DNA from: Selaginella moellendorffii
Lineage: Eukaryota > Plantae > Lycopodiophyta
Assembly: GCF_000143415.4 (NCBI RefSeq)
Contig: NW_003314376.1
Location: forward strand, 62,001 to 126,000
Direction of reading: 5' to 3'
Length of the DNA: 64,000 nucleotides
Translations under genes and position numbers: made by a program
Notes under the pieces: model-generated
The model's database searches: none
Told to the model about the DNA's origin: nothing
What the model saw: the letters and a program-made list of their open reading frames with translations, nothing else
Shown here: positions 26,439 to 39,700 of the stretch, piece after piece
Numbering within the stretch: position 1 is the first letter of the stretch
Layout: each line of letters starts with the position of its first letter

Positions 26439-28683
26439 TGTAAGGTTTGTAAATACATGTATGTATATATATGTATTACCCTAGCTAGGTAATACACTAA
26501 TTATAGTATTATAGCATATGAATTATCCATTTGGGACCAAATCTGATCCATTCATTTTTGTATATAAGCATGGGACTAAACCCTACTTAATATATCTATT
26601 CCTATATCCTAAGCACTCACATTAGTGGAGGTGAAAGGCATTGCAATTTATCCCTAAAGGGCAAAGCTTTTTGATAGTGCTTTGTTCTAGTGTTTGGGAT
26701 TGTGTTTTTTTATTCTTATTTCTTCATTTTATTATAGATTTAGATTTGTATTAGCTTTTTGCAAGATTTAGAATTCTAGTTATCGTTGTGCTTAGATTTG
26801 CTCTTTCTTCTGATCATTATTGCATTCTCTTCCTCTACCATACCATGCCGTCATCGATCAAAAAGTATGTCACTTGAGGTTGTTAATACTGCTCCGTTAG
26901 ATCTAACTTTTGGTGCTGTGGCATTTGATCATATTGGTATTGTGCCCATCCTTGATGTGTTATTTATTGGTATCCAACTTTTGTGGGATGTGATTATATG
27001 GCTTATCTTGTTCTCAATGTTCTACCATCTTCTATTGATGTGGAGTGTGATCATGATATTGATTTGTGCAATTTAATTCTTGGAGAATGTTTGAGGATCA
27101 AGTATGTGTAAAGACAATGTATACGAACTCGGGTGGATTCCAAAGTGTGATGATGAGCTTGATTATTATGGAGATAGTTTTGGAGATGAAGTGGAGATTT
27201 CACGAAGTAGGTGTCAATATTTCAATTTGTTATTTAATCCTTTCTCTTTCCCTTCTGCTCTTTCCCAACTATTTTTTAATTTTTCGGCCTGAGCCATCTT
27301 CTCAAGTTCTTAGTATTTCTTTTTCATTTGTAGTGTTTTTCTTTTTTTGGCTCATCAATCATTTATGACTCTCATGATTCTAATTCTCAGTCTAGTGTTG
27401 AGTTGAGTGTTTTCTATCCTCCTCATACTAATCTAGATATTGAGTGTATCCATGAAGTTGAGAATCTTGCTTTTGTTTCGTTAATAAAGTCTTTGATTAG
27501 TTCTGGTATTGAGTATTTCCCTATTCCAAGGGTTGAGTCACTTTGGCCAGAGTTTTGGGTTGAATGCATGTCCCCATTTGTGAGTGCCACTGAGAGTTTT
27601 TGCTTTACTATTGCTCATGAAGAGTTTATATATTCCCTTGAGAGTGTGAATGTTGTTATTGATTTTCCCATATTAAGTGTTGAGTTACGTTGAGTGGTGT
27701 GAATCTTTTGCTTATATTGTGGCTAAAATATTTTACGAAAGGAAATCCCATATTGACCAAGCTTTAAGCATATATTCATTTGATTTTCCATTTTTGCATT
27801 GCCAATTATTGCAAATTCCTCTTCCAATGCTTCTTTATTTACTTTTTCTTCTTTCACAATTGCTTTTACTCAATTTTTCTTGTTTTCTCCTTTTTGCCTT
27901 AACACTTCAAACTTTTTTTTCTTTAGAGGAGGGGGTAGAGGGGATAGATGGGAATTCGGCCCCGATGATGGAGTGAGGACGAGCGAATACGATAGTGGAA
28001 CGAGGACGAATGATATGGATTGTAGAGTGAGGACGAGCATAGCAAGTTTGAACGAAACATCCAGCTCCAATGTAATGAGGCCGAATAGATGCGATAGTGG
28101 AGTGAGGCCGGACATAGATGGCAGAGTGAGGACGAGCGCAGTAAATCCAAAAGGAGCTAGTGTTTCAAAACCATTTTTTCTTCGAGGAGGGGATAAGGAG
28201 AATGTGAAAGACGAATAGAGTGAGTCTAACCTCCCCAGTGCAAAGTTATAGTTGCGTGGTTGGTTTGAGCATTTGGGAGTTGCATAAAGAGTTGCAACTG
28301 GTTCATCAAGGTTCTATAGTGGGCTAATGATTATGCCATGGCTTTAGATTTTATTTCAATCATGGTTATCATCAACTTTATTGGTGGTTTTGTGCAAGTT
28401 TCAGATTATTGTGGTAATTTATAATTGCCCAACAGAAGCTCCAAATGTTCCACTTGACTTATTATTATCACCTTTTCATATTCCAAAAGGGAGGATGGTG
28501 TAAAGTTTGTAAATTCATATATGTATATATATATGTATTACCCTAGCTAGGTAATACATTAATTATAGTAGTATAACATATTGACTGTTCATTTGGGACT
28601 AAATCTGATCCATCCATTCTTGTATATAAGTAGGGGCCTAAACTTTCATTAATATACCTATTCCTTTATTCTGAGCACTCACA
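26439..28683 (+). mobile_element. Non-autonomous LTR element (NA) copy 2, uninterrupted
   Basis: LTRs 26439-26621 and 28499-28683; PBS-like TAGTGGAGGTG; PPT; ATAT flanks; empty AGAAT site near 28200. Confidence 0.85.
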
Positions 28684-29903
28684 ATATATATTTTATAAAT
28701 TATATGGCTTTTGGGATGGATCCAAATCTTAAAATTTGGGTTCACTGCAATATCTTAATATGGAGGGTTTATGACATTGGAAAACAACTAGATATTGCTA
28801 TTGTATTTGAATTTGATATATATTTATAAATAAACATTTACTTATAAATTACTCATAAAATAACAAAAGGATATTTTTTAAAGTTACACTCAAATGGATT
28901 TTATAGTAATAAATGTATATTCAGTAATACTAAATATAGTGAATTTATTCTGTAAATTAGGTCAGAAGGTAAAACCTCTATTAAATAGGAAATATTGCCA
29001 CTCAGATCTAAATATTATTTAAATTTAAATTTTTTAAAAATACCTGTTTAATAAAAATATTGCCACGAAAACATTAAGAAATTATTCTTTTGTGTACCAG
29101 AATATTTGAAAATATTTTAATGACTCCTTTTGCTCTCTCTATTATCAGATCTGTTTAGGACTACATTAAGTTGTACATTCTTGAGGTCAGTAGGAAGGCA
29201 TTGATTTGCTTGTTACAACTTACAAGTTCCAAAGGCATTAGTTTGGTTTTGGTACAAGATCCAGGCAGGACAACATGCTTGGAATACAAGGAATGGAGAG
29301 AGGCCACCTTGAAACAAAATCCATCACCTAGTAAGCTTTTAATAATTGGTTTCTTTGGATTGATCAATGCCCAATATCTCTATTTGTTTGTTCAGAAAAG
29401 CAAATGCACTTAAATTTTGAAAGAATGTGAAGGTGACGTTTCCAATTTTGAACTTTTGTAAGAAAAACAAGTTACTCATTTTAAAAGACTTTTAGCTATA
29501 CAAATATGTTGTTTACTAGCAAACCAAAATACCAATTAATATTAGTGTTTAGACAATTTGATTGGTACAGAAGACCATGCCAGTTGATTTATATTGTGTT
29601 GGTTTTACCAATTGCTTTACTCATCCTCTTGCATAACACTGCAAAGAAAAACACTATCCCTTTTCCTCCTCCTCTTGTGATTACTATTACTATAATATGT
29701 ATTATTATTATAAGCATTAGTAACATTCTTCATGGTTGCCTGCAGATGCAGCTTCTTGGCTATAGAAACTTGCTGGAGATGGTGGGCTTTCCAAAGCTCA
29801 TCTCTCAAAAGGCTCTTAAAATGCAACAAAAGCTGCCAGAATCTCCAAGGATGAGTATTAGAATGGTGAAGAGAAAAGTTTAGCATTTTTGTTTCTTTGC
29901 TAA

Positions 29904-29953
29904 GGGGAGATAGCTCAGATGGTAGAGCGCTCGCTTAGGGATCAATAACTCCA
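29904..29953 (+). pseudogene. tRNA-Ala pseudogene (arm A, doubly deleted)
   Basis: As 8676-8732 with a further 7-nt loss. Confidence 0.7.
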
Positions 29954-30733
29954 AATATGTTTGATTATTGGATCGTTCCAGGCGTTTTGACCGATTTTAC
30001 TGGTGTTGACCTCTGGGGGAGCTATGGATGGATGTTGCACCGTGAGACTGTCAACAGAGCAATGCATAGATATTTATCTTGTGTTTCTTTTTCCTACATT
30101 TTAGTAAACGAGTAAACAAGTTTCGTTCACTGCAAGTACATTAGGATTGAGCCTGGAAAGGAGTTGCCAACAAATTAAAGATGTCTTATCTTTTTGAAAT
30201 ATTGAGCATTTCGTGATTGTGAGATTAAATCGCTGTTCACATCTAGGTTTGGGCTCTTTGGCATGCTCAGTTCAAGTCCACAGCGTCACAAGCTCTTGTT
30301 TTTTTCACAAAGCCAAAAGTATGACTCTGGAGAAACCTATCTGGCCGCTATGCCCTGCTCTGCTTCTTCTCATCGAAGTTGAGATTTGAGCACCTGCAAG
30401 AACAGAGAGCAAAAGTAGTACGTTACCTTTTCTCAAACCTTTCGTCTCAAGCAACTTCTCTGGCCTTTGGAGGTGCACTAACGTCTGCTCCCCCGTCACC
30501 TCTAGAGGATAGCTCAGTCAAATCAAAACTTAGTAGGTTCCTGCTCTACTTTCCAGTCCATGTTCCGAGCCAGCTGCGCAATAACTTCCAAGTCTGGTGA
30601 CTTCCACCAGTGGACCCTTGTATGTGATCTTCACCGTCCGTGAGCAAGACCCTGCTGTCTTCTTGCTCTGCAACTTCATCTCCTTGAAGATTGTTTGTAC
30701 ACAATCTTCCATGTGCCAAGGCACTGTGCTGAC

Positions 30734-31492
30734 TTACGCGTCACTGCCAGTGTTGGCAGGACACTTTGAGGAGAATCCCAGAGTGCCATTGCTGTGCGAA
30801 CCACGAGTGTGAGCTTCCAGCTGTTTCTTCTCAGTCAGAGAATCGTCCACCACAACTTCGATCTGCCACCCGGGATCCTGAAAGATCGCATTACTGCGCT
30901 GCTTCCTCCGAGAGAACATCCATCGCACGAGCAAAAAGAATGCGAGCAGCACCAAGATCGCAACCAAAACCCACAGAAGAAGCTGGAGCAGCGACCACGG
31001 CGTCCTCCGAACCACTGTAACTACTGCTGCGGGTGTTGGTGTGGCCACTGCTGCGTCGTGACCCTCGCGACGATGGTGGTGGTGGTGGTGGTGGTTGTGG
31101 CGTCCTCCATGGTGGTGACCATGGTGGTGACCATGGTGATGGTGGTGAACAACCAGAGGGGCTCCATCACCGTCATGATGATGGTACACTGCTGCTGCTG
31201 GAGCTGGATCGTGGTGGCGAGCATCAGGCGCTGGAGCTAGATGAGCAGGGTGGCCGCGAGCAGGGTGAACGAAAGCAGCTGGCGCTGGGGCTCGAACTGG
31301 AGCGTCACCTTGAAGAACTGGAGCTAAACCTGGCACTGGCTCGTGGGCTCCTCGAGGATGGTGTCCATGGTGGTGTGGTGGATGTGCTGGAGCTAGAGCT
31401 GGAGCTCGCGGGTGTGAAGCTCGGTGATGGCTGCCATGCCAGGGCGCTGGAGCTCGGCGGAGCGTTGGGGCGGCGTGAGCGCGAGAGACCAT
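30734..31492 (-). CDS. His/Pro/Ala-rich membrane protein, copy 3 (inverted)
   Basis: 252-aa ORF inside the inverted segment 30322-31522. Confidence 0.6.
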   Translation of the reverse strand: MVSRAHAAPTLRRAPAPWHGSHHRASHPRAPALAPAHPPHHHGHHPRGAHEPVPGLAPVLQGDAPVRAPAPAAFVHPARGHPAHLAPAPDARHHDPAPAAAVYHHHDGDGAPLVVHHHHHGHHHGHHHGGRHNHHHHHHHRREGHDAAVATPTPAAVVTVVRRTPWSLLQLLLWVLVAILVLLAFFLLVRWMFSRRKQRSNAIFQDPGWQIEVVVDDSLTEKKQLEAHTRGSHSNGTLGFSSKCPANTGSDA

Positions 31493-32499
31493 AGCTTACC
31501 TGACGAGATAGGAAAATCCAAGACCAAGTATTTGTAATGTTCATATGTTTGTTGTTTCTCGTCTACTAATATGAAATTAAAAAAGATTTAAAGAACTTGA
31601 ATTATAATTATAAAGTTTGTATATTTGTACAGAGCATGGTTGAAAGAAAAACATAACATCTAATCAACAACAAAATCTAGGAGAAACTTAACTCCCAAGT
31701 TTTAATATGGGTTTAATCAAAAAAGTTTTGGGGAAAAAGTTATATATAATAATGTAAATAAGTTTGTGAATAAGCTTCTATAGGTTTAAAGTGACCAAAC
31801 ACTATAGATCCATAACTGGTTTGCTTCAGCAAACCTATGGTGGTATTGAACATACTTAAAATATGCTTGGAGATTCTAGGATATTTTAATATCTAATAGT
31901 TGTTGTTCATTTAGATTAATCTTTTTATTTATAATTTATAAACTTCCCTATAAACACTTTCTAGTATATTTTTGGTAAACCTATGGAATGGTATTGAATA
32001 TACCTAGAATATGCTTGGATATTCTAGGATATTTTACCATCTAACAGTTGTTATTCATTTAGATTAATTGTTTTTATAATTTATAAAAATGTTTATAATT
32101 TATAAACTTTCTTAAACCCTTTCTAGTATATTCTTTTTTTATTCTACCATCTAATGGTTGATATGCAATAAAATTAATCTTGTATATATGAATTACAAAC
32201 ATGCTTATAATTATAAACTTTATTTGATCAATTGGATTAATAAGTAATAATAACACTAGTATTAAGCAAACCAAGCGTTGCTACATGCAACGTGTAGCAA
32301 TTTATTCTTTATTCTACTATAATATTAATCTTAAATAAGTTTATAACTAAATTACTAACAGCAAATTCATTAAGAGATAAGTATTGTCTCTCATATTTCT
32401 CTTCACCAAGGTCCTTTCGCGTCTTTTCAGGTACCATCTTTAATTGACGGCTCCATCAACCTTGCATGACACTCTTTCCTTGCAAAGTTTACCGACCTC

Positions 32500-33000
32500 C
32501 CAAGAAAAGCTTTTCTCTCATTGAGCGACCACGCTGAGTAGTGGATTCCCTAGTGGAGCCTCTTCTCTGCTAAGTCGCCGCATGCCTTGAGCGCCACCAT
32601 GAAAGTCTGAGCGTTTGGCTGCGGCTTGCTCGTAGCAGTCAAGAGAAAAGGTTGTTCCCAGGAAACGACGTTTTGCTGCTCCATGCAAAGTCTCAGCGTT
32701 TGGAGGTAGGCCAGCTTCTCGTTGCATCTGATAGAAGACGTGCATGTCCCATGATGATCGTGTTCCAGGCAACCAACGTCGTGTTTCTTTGTCCTCCTGA
32801 ACATTTCGATGCTTCCACATGTCCACGAGGCTGCTTGCGACGAATGCATTGGGTTAATTTGCGAGGTAGACCAACCTATCCTGTTCTTCGTCCCATCCTG
32901 TCGAACAACCTGTGTTGCAAGCCGCAGTGTAGACTTCGACCATACTTTCACAATTGCACTTGCTTGATTCCCGGCTTATGATGCTCTTGACTCTGGAGAA
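32500..33000 (-). pseudogene. Degenerate PPR fragment, A/B recombinant
   Basis: B-type variants above ~32900, A-type variants below ~32865. Confidence 0.65.
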
Positions 33001-34295
33001 ACTTATCTGGCCACTATGCCCTGTACTGCTTCTTCTCTCGAAGTTGAGATTTGAGCGCCTGCAAGAATAGAGAGCAAAAGTAGTACGTTACATTTTCTCA
33101 AACCTTTCGTCTCAAGCAACCTCTCTGGCCTTTGGAGGTGCACCAACGTCTGCTCCCTTGTCACCTCTAGAGGATAGCTTGTAAATCCTTCATCAAATCG
33201 AAACTTGGTAGGTTCTTGCTCTACCTTCCAATCCATGTTCCAAGCCAGTTGTGTCATAACTTCCAAGTCTGGCAACTTCCACCAGTCAACCCTTGTATGT
33301 GATCTCTGGGTGAGATCACTGTCAGTGAGCAAGAGCCTACTGTCTTCTTGCTCTGCAACTTCATCTCCTTGAAGATTGATTCTACACAATCTTCCCTGTG
33401 ACAACACATGCACTGTGCTGACTTACTGCCAGTGTTGGCAGGACACTTTGCGGAGAATTCCAGTGTACCATTGCTGTGGGAACTACGAGTGTGAGCATCC
33501 AGCTGTTTCTTCTCAGTCGGTGAATCGTCCACCACAACTTCCAGATGATCCGTCACTTCGATCTGCCACCCGGGCTCCTGAAAGATCGCATTCCTGCGCT
33601 GCTTCCTTTGAGATAACATGCATCGCTCAATCACCAAATGCTCTCCACAGTATAGGTATTATATTTCAAAAAGAGAAATGGATATCTTTCCAATCCTAAT
33701 GTCCTACTTGCAGTGACACGCCACTTTGGATGCTTTGAATAACGAAACTCTTTTTTTCCTCGTTTTTCAACTTAGCACTCATTGAATGTGATCATGGAGA
33801 CACAAGCCATCAGCGTGCACAAACTACTTCCCTACAGGAAACTGGGGAAAAGAAACACGAGATAAATATCTATCCATTGCTATTTTGATAGTCTCACGGT
33901 GCCCAACCGAAAGCATGAGACTGATAGATGCAAAAATGCAAGTTGGATTATCTTTGTCATGTAGATGGCATCCTTGTTGTCTTCACGCTCCTGCCTACCA
34001 GTCTTCTTTTTCTCGGCCGGTGCAGGTCTCTTATTATGGCTGCCTCTATTGCAGACACAACATATCAAAGTAGTTTCCATAATGTCAGAGGCAAAAGCAA
34101 AAGAATTAACCCATCTGGGTTTTGGAGTAAAAGCCAGTTTTTCACAGACGGTAGAGCAATCCAGTGACCCAACAGTGGAGGGAACTGGCACCATCCGGTT
34201 TTACTTCTTCATCGTGGATCCCTAGCTCCTCAAGTGGTCAACCATAGTCAACACCAGCAAAATCGGTCAAAATGCTTGGAATGAATTAAAATAGT

Positions 34296-34368
34296 TGGAG
34301 ATGCCAGGTATCGATCCCGGTGCCTCTCGCATGCTAAGTCAGCACTCTACTATCTAAACTACATCCCC
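34296..34368 (-). pseudogene. tRNA-Ala(AGC), degenerate
   Basis: 73 nt with several D-arm and anticodon-stem substitutions. Confidence 0.75.
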
Positions 34369-36789
34369 TTAGCATAGAAACAAAAATGCAAAACTTTTCT
34401 CTTCACCATTCTAGTACTCATCCTTGGAGATTCTAGTGTCATTTTTTGTCACATTTCAAGAGTTTTTTGATTGATTCTAGAGCTCTAGCTATGGAGGAAA
34501 GTACTCCAGTTCTGCTGTGTAGTGTTAGTTATCCAAAACCAAAAGATATACCATGTATTTGGTTAGTTGGGTAAAATTGATGTATTTGGAGTTTTAAACT
34601 TTAGATGAAACAAGTTTTAAATTTGAAAGGAACACTTTACAACAATAACAATAAGGTAAACATTAGCAGTTTCTCAAGAAATTCTAAAAATGAGAAAAAA
34701 TAAATATGTGAAAATTACAAATGCATAATCAAATGAAGCAAAGGCAACATACTTAAGGGCATTATAGTTAAAGGCAAAAATTAAAAGTCTTAACATTAAA
34801 CAACAATACCATCATTACAAGTATATAATTTTCAATTATGGAATTGATACTATAAACAAGACGATTTACAACATCACAATAAACTAATTCCCATATATAT
34901 ACTTCCTACATTTGGTGGGTCTTTAATCCCTTATAAACATATTGTAAGGTTTGTAAATATATGTATGTATATATATGTATTACCCTAGTTAGGTAATACA
35001 CTAATTATAGTATTATAGCATATGAACTATCCATTTGGGACCAAATCTGATCCATTCATTTTTGTATATAAGCATGGGTCTAAACCCTAATTAATATACC
35101 ATATTAGTGGAGGTGAAAGGCACTGCAATTTATCCCTAAAGGGCAAAGCTTTTTGATAGTGCTTTGTTCTAGTGTTTGGGATTGTGCTTTTTTATTATTA
35201 TTTCTTCATTTTATTATAGATCTAGATTTGTATTAACTTTTTGCAAGATTTAGAATTCTAGCTATCGTTGTGCTTAGATTTGCTCTTTCTTCTTATCATC
35301 ATTGCATTCTCTTCCTCTACCATGCCATGCCGTCATCGATCAAAAAGTATGTCACTTGAGGCTGTTAATACTGCTCTGTTGGATCTAACTTTTGGTGCTG
35401 TGGCATGTGATCATATTGGTATTGTGCCCATCCTTGATGTGTTGTTTGTTGGTATCCAACTTTTGTGGGATGTGATTATATGGCTTATCCTATTCTTATG
35501 TTTCTACCATCTTCTATTGATGTGGAGTGTGATCATGATATTGATTGGTGTGCTATGGATAATGCAATTTAAATTCTTGGAGAATGTTTGAGGATCAAGT
35601 TTGTGTAAAGACAATGTGTACGAACTTGGGTGGATTCCAAGGTGTGATGATGAGCTTGATTATTATGGAAATAGTTTTGGAGATGAAGTGGAGGTTTTGC
35701 GAAGTAGGTGTCAATATTTCAATCTGTTATCTAATCCTTTCTCTTTCCCTTCTACTCTTTCCCAACTATTTTTTAATTTTTCAGCCTAAGCCACCTTCTC
35801 AAGTTCCTAGTATTTCTTCTTCATCTGTAATGTTTTCTTTTTTTGGCACGTCGATCATTTATGACTCTCATGATTCTAATTCTCAATCCAGTCTTGAGTT
35901 GAGTGTTTTCTATCCTCCTCATACTAATTTGGATATTGAGTGTATCCATGAAATTGAGAATCTTGCTTTTGTTTCATTGGTAAAGTCTTTGATTAGTTCT
36001 GGTATTGAGTATTTCCCTGTTCCAAGGGTTGAGTCACTTTGGCCAGAGTTTTGGGTTGAATGCATATCCCTACTTGTGAGTGCCACTGAGAGCCTTTACT
36101 TTACTATTGCTCATGAGGAGTTTATATATTCCCTTGAGAGTGTGAATGTTGTTATTGATTTTCCCATATCAAGTGTTAAGTTGTGTGTTGAGAAGGTTGA
36201 GTGGTGTGAATCTTTTGCTTATATTGTGGCTAAAATATTTTACAAAAGGAAATACCCTATTGACCAAGCTTTAAGCATATATTCTTTTGATTTTCCATTT
36301 TTGCATTGCCAATTACTACAAATTCCTCTTCCAATGCTTCTTTATTTACTTTTTCTTCTTTTACAATTGCTTTTACTCAATTTTTCTTGTTTTCTCCTTT
36401 TTGCCTTGACACTTCAAACTTTTTTTTCTTTAGAGGAGGGGGTAGAGGGGACGGATGGGAGTTCGGCCCCGATGATGGAGTGATGACGAGCGAATATAAT
36501 AGTGGAGCGAGGACGAATGATATGGATTGTGGAGTGAGGATGAGCATAGCGAGTTTGAACAAAACATCCAGCCCCTACATAATGAGGCCAAATAGATGCG
36601 ATAGTGGAGTGAGGCTGGACATAAATGACAGAGTGAGGACAAGCGCAGTAAGTCCAAAAGGAGCTAGTGTTTAAAAAAAAAAAAATTCTTCAAGGAGGGG
36701 ATAAGGAGAATTGTAAGGAACGGACTCCCCGAGATGTTGTAAGCTAAAGGATCCCCGAAAGCATGACCAAAATGACAAAGAGTTCATCG

Positions 36790-37085
36790 GATGGGACCTA
36801 GTCAAAGATTGAGTCCAAGACCGACTCTGAGACTGAGTTCGAGATAGAGTCCGGGATCGAGCTGAGGCCGAATCGGAGACCAAGATCGAGACCAAGTTCG
36901 AGACCGAGTTCGAGATAGAGTCCGAGATCCAAATCGGGTCCGAGACCGTGTCCGAGGTCGAGTCCGAAGTCGAGTCCGAGATTGGGTCCGAGATTGGGTC
37001 CGAGATTGGGTCCGAGATCAAGTCCGAGACTGAGTCCGAAGTCGGGTCCGAGATCGAGTCCAAGATTGAATCTGAGACTAAGTCC
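36790..37085. repeat. CpG-rich 6/12-bp tandem repeats (GAGTCC/GAGATC type) in the chromovirus LTR; also 49295-49520
   Basis: Repeated GTCCGAGATCGA and GTCCGAGACTGA units. Confidence 0.85.
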
Positions 37086-39538
37086 AAATACTAATACGGG
37101 TCAAGGGGTGAAAGCCCAAAGTGTGCGTCTCCCGGGGGGGGGGGGGGGCGGGGCTGTGGGGGGTTCCAAATTCCAAAAGTATTCCAAAAGGGATGGAAGT
37201 GGGGGGGTAGAGGTACCCATACCGGGCTGTTAGGCCACGGTGTTGCACCCAAGGCTTGGGATTTAAAGGGTCCCATGATCAAGTCTTGTTGTACCAAGGG
37301 GGGTTAGGAACCTGGAGGCTTGGTGTGCTTGGCTGCTTGTGCCTGCAGGGAGTGTAGCCGAACCTTAAGTCCAGTCTAACCCAGGGAGGGGGATTGGGAG
37401 AGATTTGGGAATCCGTGGATGGATGGCTAACGCTCCATTGCTCGTGTAGTGAGTAGCTGAAACCAAGTAGGACCAAGTAGGAGCTGGTACAATAGGTGGG
37501 AACCTTGGCGAGGGAACTTAGCACAAGTTAAGGCAATGTTGGTCGGATAGATGAGGTAAGCTGGCAAATTGGAAAGGAAAAATTTGTGGCTTACAATTTG
37601 GTATCGGAGCCTTTTCCTGAGTTCTAGCAAAGGATAGAGGCGGATTTCTGGGAGATGGCAAGGGCAGGGCATAAGAAAACCCAGGCGGAGACGGAACCTC
37701 CACCGGAGCTCGAGCCTACAGTCGAACAAGAGGGTATGGATGAGGAATCCTTGCATGAGGAGGACTCCAGTGAGGAAACTTCCAAACAGGAGTCTGGTGG
37801 TGAGGTTCGGTCGTCCAAGGCACGATTGGACGTTCTAGAAGGACAATTGGCACAGACCAATGCTCTGTTGGAGACTCTCGTACGCAAGCTAAAGCGTGAT
37901 GAGAAGCAGAAGAAAATGCGAAAGACTGTGGATGCTGGTAGTGCAGAAGGTGCGGACCCGTCGGTAGGGACTGAGGCAAAACCAGACAAGGTTGAACAGA
38001 CCGAAGTGGAATCAATCCCTCAGGCAGTTCCCAAGTACAAACCAAAGCCCTCACCGGTCTTCAAGGGAGTGAATGACTATAAGGTGGTGGAGGATTGGTT
38101 TTACGATATGGAGGATTACTTCCGAGCGTTGCGGTTACCAAGCTCGGAGAAGGTCCCATGTGCAAAACCATACTTGGCAGATAATGCCAAGTCTTGGTGG
38201 AAAACGACGGAGGCCAACGAAGCCACTTGGGAAATGATGAAGGCGAGGATCTGTGCGACTTATGTTCCTCCGAATGCTACTCTGCATCTAAGAGACGAGC
38301 TGAGTAGGCTGAAGCAGACCAGAACCATTCAAGAGTATGTGAATGGGTTTATGGCAAAGAGGATACTTGTCACAGACATGGGGGATATGGACGCTTTCCA
38401 TGCCTTCATATCGAGTTTGCAAACCTGAGCTCGCAGTGAGGTGATGCGTTGGAACCCAACCAACTACAAGGAAGCGTTGGATGCAGCCATCAAGGTGCAT
38501 TTCAATGATAACCTGCGAAAGGGGAACACGACGGGGTCGAGGTCCACGTTTAGCAAAGGGGCCAAACCAAGGGGAACGTATAGCAAAGGGAAATTCAAGA
38601 AGAGTTTCTCTAAGAATGAGTCCTCGGGGTTCTAGAAAGGCAAATCCGGCGGCCAGCGAGCAAGTACATGGGGGAGTCAAGCAAAAAGAGACAAACCCAT
38701 AGATAAGAAGGTCAAGTCATATAGTAACATGGGAAACAACGTATGCTACAACTGTGGTGAAGCGGGACACTTTTTGAGGGAATGTCCCTACCCAAAGAAG
38801 GCTAGAGCCAATATGGCCATCAAGTCGGGTGAAGTCCAAACTAAGGTATGTGATCCAGTCCCTAACTCAAAGTTACTCATTACACGAGCAACTTTGGTAG
38901 AAAGTCGTTTGCGACATCTACTAGCCCTCCGAGGGAAGCTCGGAGGTAACTTTGTTAAGATCCTTATTGACACGGGTGCATCGGATAATTTTGTGGTTGC
39001 AGACATAGTCCGGCAAGCCGGACGAATGGTGCAGTGGCTAGGCGAACCAAGGACTATAGAGTTTGTTCAAGGTAGCCAAAGCACCGATGAGGTACTTCGA
39101 CAAGCGAGAGTTGAAGTAGGGACATGGAAAGTGGACATGGATTTCACCGTGTTAGACATGGCGGGATTTGACGTGATCTTCAGAATGGATTAGTTCAATC
39201 GGTTCGTGGTAGCCCTGCATGGACAAGGTAGAAACCTTGTGGTACTGGCGAATGCCCAAGGAAAGAGATCTAGGGTGGAGGCCTAGGATCTAAAGGTAGG
39301 GCAAAGCAGGGCCAAAGATTCTTGTTTAAACCTGGTGTCCACGAGAGGACAACTCACTAAAGGAACTAAGGCGGCCTTTTTGTGCTTACTCTCAGTGAAG
39401 AGTGACAAAAAGACAAAAACGGAAGAAGTACCTTTAGTGATCCAACGGGTGTTGGATCAATTCCAAGATACCATGCCGGAGGAGTTACTGGCGGGGTTGC
39501 CCCCCGCACGACCGATAGAACATAAGATTGAGCTGGTC

Positions 39539-39700
39539 GAGGGTGCTGAGGCAATGGTTCATCCCCCCTATCGTTTGAACGAAAAAGAACTTGAGGGTGC
39601 TGAGGCGATGGTTCGTCCCCCCTATTGTTTGAACGAAAAAGAACTTGAGGGTGCTGAGGCGATGGTTCGTCCCCCCTATCATTTGAACGAAAAAGAACTC
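39539..39700 (+). repeat. In-frame 3 x 54-bp tandem repeat at the RT N-terminus
   Basis: EGAEAMV(H/R)PPY(R/C/H)LNEKEL three times, starting at 39539, 39593 and 39647. Confidence 0.95.

Noticed and set aside
36790-37085. Regular short repeats resembling a CRISPR array or an SD-repeat protein
   Set aside because: No unique spacers; simple tandem repeats within an LTR in eukaryotic DNA
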